NCBI RefSeq assembly: GCF_021869535.1
Contig: NW_026262709.1
Coordinates: 62,001 to 126,000 of the forward strand
Length of the DNA stretch: 64,000 nucleotides
DNA from: Mytilus californianus
Lineage: Eukaryota
Reading direction: 5' to 3'
Shown here: piece by piece, positions 50,865 through 61,830 of the stretch
Layout of the letters: each line of letters begins with the position of its first letter
Numbering within the stretch: position 1 is the first letter of the stretch
Translations under genes and position numbers: made by a program
The notes under the pieces: generated by a model
Databases searched by the model: none
What the model saw: only the letters and a program-made list of their open reading frames with translations
Told to the model about the DNA's origin: nothing

Positions 50865-51234
50865 GAATAGACTATTTTCATATTACCGACTTTTGACTCC
50901 GAAGTTTATATTTTTTTCGACAGGTTACCTACTCTGTGGTAGGACATCCTGGTACCAAGTCAAGTAAGAGCAACGTAAAGAAGTAAAATCAAGCTTTCAA
51001 TCGGTACAATTTTTGGGGAAAATTAACTGCTTCATATTTTCTTTACACGACAAAATCATCGGAAAACAGTAAACTTTCCCCTCAAATTACACCGATTATA
51101 TGCTTGATTTTTATTACTTATTTTGGTTGCTCTTACTTGACCGAAAACCAGGATGTCTTACCACAGAAAAGGTAACCTGTCGAAAAATTATGTAATCCGG
51201 AGTCAAAAGTCGGTAATATGAAAATAGTCTATTC
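50865..51234. mobile_element. 370-bp foldback MITE
   Basis: GAATAGACTATTTTCATATTACCGACTTTTGACTCCG at the left end has a perfect reverse complement at the right end, and imperfect pairing continues ~170 bp inward. No TSD seen. Confidence 0.85.
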
Positions 51235-52652
51235 AATTTTTGTTTCCGTCCAAGATTTAATGATTTATAAAATCGTCATTAATTCATCAGGGGATTGATT
51301 ATACTTATTTATTATGCATAGGTTCGTTGTTATGTGCTTTTGTCTAGAATCTCATGATATTATAGTGCAGAGCTATTCAATTCCGTTACATTGTTATGTA
51401 TTGTTTAATAAATACTTATCTAAATGCAAATTTGTGATTATGTAGTTTCAATGTTATTTTTTTGGGTGCTTATATATTTGTTTTGTTATATTTTACAACA
51501 ATATAATTAAGAATATTGTACTTTTATTTTCAAATTTTTAAAAATATCACCTCCTCAAAAATATCTAAATATACATGTATGATATACTAATATATAATAT
51601 GAATGTTGGTTAACTTTGAATATTGTATATAGATATAGGAAGATGTATGTTTGTAAATATTGTCATGTTTGTCTTGGTAACAACCCAATATTTGGATTTT
51701 ACATCAATAAAATGATTTGATTTGATTTGATTTGGTAACAGTTCGTGCAACCTCATCAAATATGAAAATAAGTTAACTAGGACAAAAATATTTCCTTTTG
51801 TTGTCATCTTTGTGGTAAGCTAGCTACTGTCATCCTGATCTGACAAAAATATACTCTATGGTCCGTAACTACTGCCGTCTTATTGAAAAGACCTTTTTTC
51901 GATTTCTTAGTTTAAATATATGTTATTTCATTGAACGTAAATACATCTAAAACACAAAATGAATTAACAAACAGGATATTTATAAATAAATATAAAAAGT
52001 AACAAAAACATTGAAGTATCTCATAAACTTTAATTAACCACTTGTGTTGAATTTGAAAGGTATTACACTGCAAACATATATGCATATAGACGTCTTCGGT
52101 TGAATATATAGTAGGTGTCTTCCCGATTGTCCCGCTTTTTTAAATTACAGGTAAAACAGGTATACAATGTTGTGGGACAATCGGGAATACTTTACTGGGA
52201 TAATTGGGAAGTTTAAAAGTTGGACAATCTGGAATTATTTTGATAGTAAATAATTTGTGTATCGGATAATTACAGGTGTAACATTATTATATTAGTAATT
52301 AACGTACTTTGATTTACTTCTGGTTCTAATAATTGAGTAGTTCCCCTTTTATACCAGTCTGAAATGATTTGTGTACACCCCATATTACTTTTTTCAGTTT
52401 TATGTATGAGAATACAAGTGAACATGCTGCTGTTTTATTATTCTGTAATATTGCCATTTACTGCCGAAAAGGTCATTACAACAGGTATTAATTTATTAAT
52501 TTATGTAACTTTAATATAAGAATTTTAAGTATCAATGAAGAAAAATTTGCACTTAGTTAAACTACTGTTCAAATTGAGAACAATTATAATACACATAATA
52601 AATACATTATTTTCAGGTTTAATACGTTTAAGGCTGATTAGTCATGTGTTAG

Positions 52653-54888
52653 TAGACCTTTTCAACAACTCACGACACCGACTATTGACACCTACAGTTT
52701 ACAGGAGAAATAGAGGGGTCGTATCAAAGATAACAATCATTCAGGTAGAACATGCAAGTACCTCATATTCAATTTAAACGGTATTATTAAAAAAAAAAAA
52801 AAAAAGAACGGATATTGTGCAAATAGCTATTCTGCATTTTCTGTATTTTCCCCCTTTCTTTTATATAATACTTATCATATGTAAAAATAATATTTATAAA
52901 CCATTTCTCTTTCAATTCTATTAATCTTTAAAAAAAAATGGCAATCTGTTCACATCCTAATCAATTGCTTCTTCGGTAATATTATTATTGACATATAGTT
53001 GTGCGAGTTTTCAATGGAAGACTGTTTTGCTTGCCAAAAGCTGTTAACTCGTTTTTGAAATGTTATTTTATGACTCTACATTTTATCCTCCCCATAGTAA
53101 CAAAGTTACGGAAAGGACATTGCAACGGGAATATCTGTCTGTCCGTAACGCGTCCAAAACACACTTGTTAACATTGTAGAGGTTGCGTCTCAGGAGATCT
53201 TCACTATACTTGTTGTATATATTGAATTTAATTGACTTAACTTATATAAGTTCCCGAATGAATCAGACCTTGTCCCTTTGTTTTTGGTACATTTTCCCCG
53301 TTTCCGGGCATAATCATCACGGGAAACACGTCTAGAATGTTGTAAGAAGCTAGAACTGCTTACCCTGTCGGAGCACTTGCATTGATCCCAGTTTTACGGA
53401 GTCAGTGTTTTCTCATATAACTTTGGTCTTCTATAAGAAAATTGGCCTTTTCTCTTGTCCCCCGATTTGTTTTCTTTATTTTCCCTTTTGTTGATCTATG
53501 CTTCGGTTTTCTTCTCATATTTAGTTTTACTATGCGCCCCAATGGTCTTTTTTTATTTCAGTTCTGACCAAACATAGAGAGAGGTTTTGGATCCGTTTAT
53601 ATATTAAGTAAAACAACCGCCGCATATGTTTTGCCCCTTTTCAAACCCTGGAAAATGTTAGTCAATAGTATATTCTTTTCTCGTTAAAATTTTTAGTTTA
53701 CAATATTATGCTGCGGCCTTGGATTTTATCTCTTTGTTTTGTCGGAGCCGTTCAGATCTCGCTGCTTGGGACATGATTCTAAGATCACGCGGTAACTCTA
53801 AATGTCAGTTTTATGTGTTGCATTGTGTGATTTTAAGCTTTAGTCGTGCCGTGTCCATTGTCCTTGCCTGCCTTTTCTCATTATTGACAAAGTCTGCTTT
53901 GTGTTATTTGAATTTAAAAATATAACCAAAATGTGAAATAGGACATTCGCCTTATCTAAATGTTCTGTACAAATTGTCACTGAATACACATTTAGTTGAA
54001 CATAGCACGAGTGAATTAAAAAAAAACCTACTAAGTATAAATTACATTGTGAATGCATCCGAGGCAAAAAAATAACGGACTTTGAATAGACGTGTGCCGC
54101 CCTTGCCAATAGACATAAAATAATTGTCTGTTTACATATTTACAACTTTTTTTTCTTTTTTTTTTTGCCAATGATTCTGTAGTATTGGTCTATTAATTTC
54201 TATTCTGTAAACTCCATCTAGACCCTTATTCATACTCAATTTAAAATAAAATTAAAGAATTTAAATCAGTAAATGGTTTATTACTAAACAAGAAAATATC
54301 GTTGTGGTAAATACAAATAGGCATCCAATTTTTCCTTTCAATTCAGTTACTGATAACAATTATATCCAACCATTACTACCCCCAAGGGTGACTGGGGAAT
54401 AGAAGTATGGTCACCATTGGTCTTCCTCCGACCGGCAGTAAAACCCGTGCTAAAGTGGGGCGTCCATTTGGCTGTACGGGATGTACAAATTTGCAGCCAC
54501 GTCCGGTCAGAATGGGGACGTTAAATCCGATGTCTCGTGTAAAGAGAGTGCCACGCTCTTTGCACGTTAAGAACCCTTGCAACAACTCTTTGAGGGGTCC
54601 GTAGGTGACCTGTTGCAAGGCTAAATTTCTGTCCCTATCCAATATACCCTCATTTCCCGTGGTAGTCTAAATTTCTCCGACCTTAATCCCTGAATCTATT
54701 ACAGAACCTACCTATTGTATTTATTGTGAACTTGTTCTCGTCCTGAATATGCATGAAATATTTGCCACTGGACGTTAAGCAACCAACAATCAATCAATCC
54801 AACCATTACTACTTTGAGACAACCACTTACACCTTACCTGTCGTAGTCGTTGTCAACTGTAGGTGTAGATAATTGTTGAAAAGGTCTA
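52653..54888. mobile_element. Possible non-autonomous DNA transposon bounded by TAGACCTTTTCAACAA inverted repeats, with nested insertions
   Basis: 16-bp perfect IR extending to ~45 bp imperfectly, with ACACCTACAG-like subrepeats. No TSD. Confidence 0.45.
54380..54796 (+). mobile_element. SINE-like insertion (Deu/Nin-domain-like core, (CAAT)n tail) with a 16-bp TSD
   Basis: TSD ATCCAACCATTACTAC at 54364-54379 and 54797-54812; core GGGGACGTTAAATCCG...GCACGTTAAGAACCC; tail GGACGTTAAGCAACCAACAATCAATC. No A/B box visible. Confidence 0.8.
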
Positions 54889-55139
54889 GTAACTAATATA
54901 TTCATGAACATGATGAAGCAAAGACAAAACAAATATTCCATATAAAAAGTCTGATCATAAAACTGTGTAAGTAAACTTTCAATTTCAGCGACAAAAATAG
55001 GAAAAGGTTTTTTGTGAAAAATATTCATAAGACAAAATCCTTGAGTTGGAAAATCATAAACATAAGATCAAGATGATGTGCAGCTATGTCAATCTTATAG
55101 ATATTTGGTCTAACATTAATAATATAAAAACAATAAATC

Positions 55140-55420
55140 CCCCAACCGTGTAAGTCCAAAGGCTCAAACGTTGGTATTTGCTGCTTCTCCGCTAACTACG
55201 CAGCATTTAGGAGTTAGAACAAAGATTGGTTTGACCATATTCAGAATAATATGTCTTTTAGGGTGACATGACTTCAGTATGGGTTTTATCTTGTGAACTA
55301 GCACGTTAAGCACCCCGCTCATTGTTTCGGTCCAGTTCAATGTAGTTTTCAAATTCATTTAATATCAATATGTTCTCGTCCTGAATATGCATTTAACTTG
55401 CCGCAGGACGTTTAACAGCT
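55140..55420 (+). mobile_element. Decayed SINE of another family sharing the same 3' tail
   Basis: TGGTATTTGCTGCTTCTCCGCTAA...GCAGCATT core; tail TTCTCGTCCTGAATATGCAT...GGACGTT matches ~54735-54780. Confidence 0.6.
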
Positions 55421-56119
55421 ATTCGGTCATCTTTTTCAATACAATTATATATGTTCAGAGCACACTGATGTTACTACTAGGCCACATATACCTCTTCTTT
55501 CTAGGTGAGGATGCAGGTTGAGGCCTGGTCCTCTAAGTATTCATTCATAATAAATTCTGTTTATAAGTTACAAAATAGCTTATGCTTATGTAACATTTTG
55601 ATTGTTAATTTTTTTTCTTTCAAATTAGATTCCAACCATTCAGACTGAGCGCTCATAAATACGTCAACAACAAAATGCGTTTTTAATAAAAAAAACCTTT
55701 TAACAAAAATCTCCGGATAGTGTTTGCCTGCTACCATGATTTTAATTCATTTGTATTACAAATAAACTTAACATTATTGATATCTTTTATAACTTATAAT
55801 ATGTAATCAAAAGTACATTTGAACTTTTTTCTAACAATTTATTTTTACATTAATACAATTGATATCAACTACTAATACATGCATACAATAATTAGATTAA
55901 ATTGATAAACGAACAATACATGCATGCAATAACTAGATTGAATTGATAAACGAACAAACAATAATTAAAAGTTTTTAATTTATAACATTTATTTACAAAA
56001 TTAATGTGGGACAATCAGAACGTTTGATGTGGGACAATCAGATCTGTACTATGTGAAAAAGGGGGAAAATCAGGAATAAATCATATTTATCAAAATGAAT
56101 AGACGGATTTGACACTTAC

Positions 56120-56338
56120 CGTCCTCACGAAGGTAAAACACTACGTTCGTGATATAGGCCAATTCCGGAAGAAATAGACCCCACCATGCTTCAGCCTGAC
56201 CTGGAAGTGTTGCTGAACATCCATCTGTTCATTCATTATTTGCCGGTCCTTCCACGGCCCAGCTTGCACTATGAACTATTCCATTTGAATCTGTGAACGT
56301 TGTCTTTTGATCTGCTTTTCCCTTTAGTGCAAGATTTG
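56120..56338 (-). CDS. Exon: N-terminal half of F-type lectin domain 1 (contains in-frame TGA)
   Basis: ttgcAG|...|GTAAGT; 219 nt, phase 1-1. Translates (A)NLALKGKADQKTTFTDSNGIVHSASWAVEGPANNE*TDGCSATLPGQAEAWWGLFLPELAYITNVVFYLRED, matching the FTP pattern NLAL..A.Q....AS.AV.G....CS.T....WW...L. Confidence 0.85.
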
Positions 56339-56394
56339 CTGCAAAGACAGATGTAGTTCAAATCATATATTAATCTTTTACCTCAGGAGTTTAC

Positions 56395-56428
56395 CATTGT
56401 AAGCTAAAGTTATGCACCCTGTGACCAT
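56395..56428 (-). CDS. Candidate signal-peptide/first coding exon (tentative)
   Basis: ATG GTC ACA GGG TGC ATA ACT TTA GCT TAC AAT G|GTAAAC gives MVTGCITLAYN, phase 1, compatible with the next exon across a 56-nt intron. The frame extends upstream as hydrophobic HILRALY, but the nearby upstream ATGs (56462, 56466) are out of frame. Confidence 0.25.
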
Positions 56429-56759
56429 ATATAGCGCTCTTAAGATGTGATATTAAACGCATACATCCTCTTGTATCCGCTAATTTTTCATTCTAAGAAA
56501 AACTACTGTCAAGACATTTCAATCCACCTACTCTCCCTTTTTTAAAACAAGTTATTGCTGATTTAGTTTATTTTCAGTTTTTTAAGGTGAAATAGATCAC
56601 AATGGTACCTAAAGTACCGTGTATATCGTTTGGTATCATCATCAATATCAGAAGCCTCGACATTTATCGACAGATACAATGAATAACGAAATTATAATGT
56701 GCACAAAATGTTATTCCAGGAAAAAAATTTAAAAAAAACAACATATGAATTTTTTTTTT

Positions 56760-56801
56760 GCGTCCGAAGCTCCTTTCTGGATTTATCTTCATCAGGAACA
56801 C
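56760..56801 (-). ncRNA. Type I hammerhead motif of the same family as 16147-16188 (isolated fragment)
   Basis: GTGTTC-CTGATGA-AGATAAATCCA-GAAA-GGAGCT-TC-GGACGC. The core is intact, but the stem III palindrome and stem II are weakened. Confidence 0.7.
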
Positions 56802-59800
56802 GTGCAAGATAAATATTTAGAATTTAACAACGCATAAGTACAGAAACACGCGAAACAAAAGTATGTTTTCCGTCATGACATTCATTTTTTAAAGGGAAGT
56901 TCACTTCATTATCAAAATCAAAATAATTTATTTGGCAGTGATTTATTAAAATGCACAGAATGTGGTATGATTGCCAATGCGACAACTGTTCACCAACATT
57001 CAAATGAAGTGAATGTAAGCAATTATAGACAACCGTACGGCCTTCAACAATGAAAATAAATACCGTATAGTCGGCTGTGAAAGGCCCTGACATGAAAACT
57101 TTGAAACAATTCAACTGCGAAAACTTACTGCCTAATTTATAACAAAGCAATCTACGAAAAACAATTATACCAACATGAACCAACAATAACCATTTGACTA
57201 TCGGCTCCTGCCTTGAGACAGGCACATAATGAATGTGGTTGGGGTAAACATTTTTGCCGGCGCCAAACCCTCCCCCTCACCTTACCTGTGACAGTGATGT
57301 AATAGTAAAACATAAGAACAAACTATAAAAATCAGTTGAATAAGGTTTAACTCATCAGATCGATACAAAGCAACAAAACAACTAACTAAAACACAGACTG
57401 GGCATGGAAGGGAATTTATAAATCCCTCACAACAAAAAAAGACACAAAAAAAGTACAGATCTGAGAGTACTTGCAGTAACTAACAGCTAGTTTAAAGCCA
57501 ACAATAACTAATACAAAAATCATGCATCTAAGACAAAAAAATATAAATAAGTACACATCCAACATCTAATGTATTTAATGATAAGACGTCATTTACAGTC
57601 AGAAATACACGACCTTGTGCATATTCGTAGAGGTGGTATGTATCTGCCAAGCATAATTGGATTTAATTTAATCAATACACGAAACAGTATATTTTGTTGA
57701 TCATTTTCCCAGGAAAGTAAGTTATGCATGTGGAGACAAAGTGATCAGTTGGTCAGTCGAGAGGATTCGTAAGGGGGATATCTAGATTTATAATGATATA
57801 TACATTGTTATCTGTCAGCTTCTTGCTATTTCAAAACTATGTAAATCGGTTTTTTTTTCCAAATTTTCCTATTTATAATTTGAAAAAAAAAAATAATATA
57901 TGTATTTTTTAATAGATTTCATAGTTTAACACTCTCCCCAAAAGAATGTAATATTGAAACATCATTACCATCTTCAAAATCAACTGTTGGACAATTACGT
58001 TTTTTGTTTATACTTGTAGATGTATTCAATGATCCTTTCAAGGCCTAGGGCATCCATATATTTAATTTAGTAGTTTGTTTTCTAACAAGAATAATTCGTT
58101 TATGCTGATGGTTTGTTGACCATAAACTTTTACCTGAAAAATGAGCAATCATGACACAATTGTGTTGCATTGTCCTTTTTTTATAAAGGCACCTATTTAT
58201 CAAAATATATTCTCCAAATTATCATAATTACACACTCAGAACTATATAATGTCATATGTTACCAGTGATACATAGATAACTTTCATTGAAACCAATTCAA
58301 TAACGTTGCTACAGATACGAGCATAGTGAACGAGTTGGGATATATAAATACCGTCAAATATTTGTACAAGTTTTCGCCTTGTGAAACTGAAGTATATGAA
58401 TCTAAAGGATATTTATTGCAGCTTATATTTAAGTCATTTAAAATACGTTCCTTTGGGTAAATCGTGTAAAAGTCGGCAGTATAGTTGCTTAGTAACCCTT
58501 TTCATTATAGAAGATCGCTTTATTTGAGTGACTGCAAATAAATTTGGACTCGGTTTTGTCAAATAACCAAGCAATTAAATAGGAAAACTTGTGTTTGATT
58601 GTGTTGAAGTGTTTAAAGGATCGAAAAAACAAAACTCTCAATCGTATTAAAAGGATCATCGAAAGCAGTTAATCTATTTTAAACATCAAAAGAAAATTTT
58701 ACTCTCCAAAAATAAAATTTTCATATGCTTTATTATAAATAAGATTTTTAAATGAAGTTCGGGAAGTAGTTAAAAGCACTAAAATGCTCGTTGTGGAACA
58801 CTGGCTAGAGACCAAAATGAAACGATATTTCAATTATTTTTTGTATAGTTTAGGAAACCAATACATAAGTAAAAACTTCCAATGTTTAGAGAATCGAGGC
58901 CTTAGACAGTTTTTAACCTCATGGTTTTCAATGATATTGAGGTCCCATGTTAAAACTCGGCCATAGGAATCACATCTAAAATTTGATGATTCTCAGTCTC
59001 AATTTGAAGGATCATTACGTTCTATACTGACGTCAGATGCATCTGATGTGTTATTAAAAATAAAACTTCTACTGGGTTTTCAGCTACTTACTCTGTCTAT
59101 TACTGTCACAAATAAAGACAGTATGATAATTAGAAAAACACGAGGTTGCAAATTTGAGATCATCTGAAACAGAAATTTGTAGATCATTATATTATCGGAT
59201 ATTCTTTTTATTGAATGCTGTATATGAATATAATGTCTTTAATCGGAGCATTTAAAAAAATATGCAATGTTACAGCTCATGTTGCATTCTATACATAAAC
59301 TCATCATAGATACACATAGATTATATAATAAATTTGACCAAAAATTCACTGACACACCTTTGCAAACAATTGGAAATATTTATTTATCTTCTGCGACACC
59401 AACCTATATCGTTCTCTTTTATGATTCCATAAAAACGATGACACCACCGTTAATTTCGAAAATCTGAAAATAATAAGTATTAGGAAAACCCATTCCATCA
59501 CTTTTTTCTGTACGGTACATGTTACAATAATTCCTCTCTGGTAGCAAGTGTTGCGCTTCAAGTCTCGAATTATAGATTATAGGTGCTGAATTGTATATAT
59601 TTTTATTTACTTTATAGTTGTCCGTTTATTTGTCGTTGTGCTATTATGTTAATTTTGGTCTTATGACTGGATACTAGAAAATTCCAAAGATCTTTTCCCT
59701 ATATACAATCTAAAATTCATCTTGCAAGAGTATTAAATTTTACTTTTCTACTCTTTACACAATAATGACCAAGTGACACAAATCTAAAAGACAAATGGAA

Positions 59801-59904
59801 AGAATTGAGCCTGATTTGTTTAATTAAAAATAATGGCTAAACGTATATACAAGTATCTTGTCGTAAAAAAGATAAATCGTACTTTGTAAAAAATTAATCT
59901 GATT

Positions 59905-60965
59905 CAAACACAACATTCACTGAAACTGACATTATCAAGATGCTTGATTTTGTTTTTTTTAATGGAAAACATATTTGTTACGTTTGAAGGACACATTTTT
60001 AAGCAAACAATCGGCGTTCTTATGGGAACGAACTGTGGTCCTCGTGTTGCCGACTTGTTCCTTTACTCATATAAGGCGGACTTTATACAGAAGCTTCTTA
60101 GAAAGAATGAAAAGATTGATTGATTGGTGTTAGACGCAACTTTCAGCACTATAATTGTACTAATTTGTGGCGGTCAGTTTTTATTGGTTGAGACAGCCGG
60201 AGTTCCCGGAGAGAACCACCGACGGTCGGTAGGAAAACTGACACTCCTTATCAATTAAGATTGGGGTCGAATTGAGAGCAAAACTTTACGACAACAAAGA
60301 TGATTTCAGCTTCCCAATTGTGCACTTTTCATTTTTATGTAACGACATCCCAGCAGTGCCTGCATATAGAGTATATATCTCCCAGTTGATACGATATTCC
60401 AGGGCTTGCATTTTCTATCATGATTTTCTTGAACGAGGGTTCACAAGGAGGCTATTAAACCAAGAGTTCCAAGTGTTGAAGTTGAAATAATCCCTTCGAA
60501 AATTTTACGGACGCCATCACGAGTTGCCTGACCGTTATATTATATTTGTTTCACATATGACGACGGATATGTTCCAATTGTCGTAACTACAACCCCGTCC
60601 TCCTTTCCCTGAATGTGACCTACTGAATAAGACTTATAACGGGGTTTGTTATTACATGACAAACACGACGGTTGACAAATGTGAAGCAGGATCTGCTTAC
60701 CCTTCCAGAGAAACTGAATCCAACTCCGGTTTTTGGTGGGGTTCGTTTTGCTCAGTATTCAGATTTTGTATACTGTATGTTTTGTATACTGTTGTTGGTC
60801 TTTTAGTCTTTTTCGTTTTTGCCAAGACGATTTGATATTTATTTTTTAAGCCATTTTGTATTTGTAGAATGACTTCCGATAATATGATATTTGGATTAAG
60901 AATGTTGTCAGCTTACTTTCGACTTAGGAGTGTGAATGTCTCTTTGGTATCTTTCGCCACTCTTT
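59905..60965 (+). mobile_element. Decayed Naiad-like PLE RT plus 3' end, interrupted by a SINE fragment (60116-60272, minus strand)
   Basis: QTIGVLMGTNCGPRVADLFLYSYKADFIQKLL... / KLYDNKDDFSFPIV.F.FLC..IPA.PAY.VYISQLIRYSRAC...FYGRHHEL.DRY, then the GAAGCAGGATCTGCTTACCCTTCC core and the GGTATCTTTCG...CTCTTT terminus (also at ~4270-4298 and ~19130-19160). Confidence 0.8.
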
Positions 60966-61830
60966 GAAGTGACTCGGTATTTATACATTTAGCTGTCGAT
61001 TTGTTTTCTTTCGGCGTTCAGGTGCAGGTGGGTGCAGGTGCAATTCGTACGTAAGCAGTTTTTACAGTGTTATTTTTAAATTTTGTTTACCCTTGTCTTT
61101 ATATTTTACCTTATTATCGAGAAAGTGTATACTACATACTACAAACACTTTTTGTTGGCGACTTTGTCAAAATTACTATCAACTACCAAAAAGATTTTTT
61201 TTGCGTCTTTGTTAGATATATTTGTTTATTTGTTTGATTTTTTAGTAAGTTGTGTTGTATGTCTGTGATGTACTTTACCTAGTTTATGCTGCTTGATTCA
61301 ATTTATTGTCACATTAATATAGTATGTCTGTTTGGATGGCTCACCCAATTTTGTCAATTTAACGGAACTTTAAACACTTGTCATAAAAGTGGAAGGTTTA
61401 GTTAGCTATAAAACCTGTCTGACCCCACCATTTTCTTCTGAAAATGCTTGTTCCATGTAAGGAATATGGCAGCTATTTTCCATTCTTTCTGCTGGTTGAT
61501 AAAGTCTAAGATTGTCTAACGTTTGATTTTGTCAGTTTTATGGACGTTCCCTTTTTTAAAATACCTTGTATTTTTGTTAACATTTTCAATAATTAATGGT
61601 TAATTTTCCATAAACATAAATATTTTTTTCAGTGAAATAGTCACAATTATAAAATGTTATGACCTAACGGTATTTGAATTTCAAAGAATCATAATAACAT
61701 AAATAAGAAATTTTTCAACCAATTTTCTAATATATTATCCGTACAATCAAAACAAATTTCAAATAGTAAATGTAGTATACAATGATTTACATCGCAGGTG
61801 AAGACCTTTTCTACAGTTTTGCAACTATGG

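Larger units (their letters stand above)
1052..56338 (-). pseudogene. Multi-exon gene for an FTP(F-type lectin)-EGF-FTP-5xEGF-TM type I membrane receptor (MEGF/scavenger-receptor-like); disrupted as assembled, so either a pseudogene or an allele/assembly error
   Basis: 11 exons with AG/GT boundaries and compatible phases (ten are phase 1-1) splice into one coherent protein: ...YLRED|VGSRMDQF...IY|GC...NK|YNLA...FG|DAT...EIG|GCP... There is an in-frame TGA at 56229-56231 and a 1-nt deletion at ~10151. The gene continues beyond the TM exon, but downstream exons were not identified. Confidence 0.85.

Noticed and set aside
52125-56075. GGGACAATC motif clusters at ~52130-52230 and ~56005-56045 as ends of one transposon
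   Set aside because: No terminal IR or TSD could be defined, and the orientations are inconsistent with a single element.
61022-61050. Plus-strand 29-nt micro-exon-like segment (ttcAG|GTGCAGGTGGGTGCAGGTGCAATTCGTAC|GTAAGC)
   Set aside because: Good splice signals but no partner exons or coding signal; such matches arise by chance in 64 kb.
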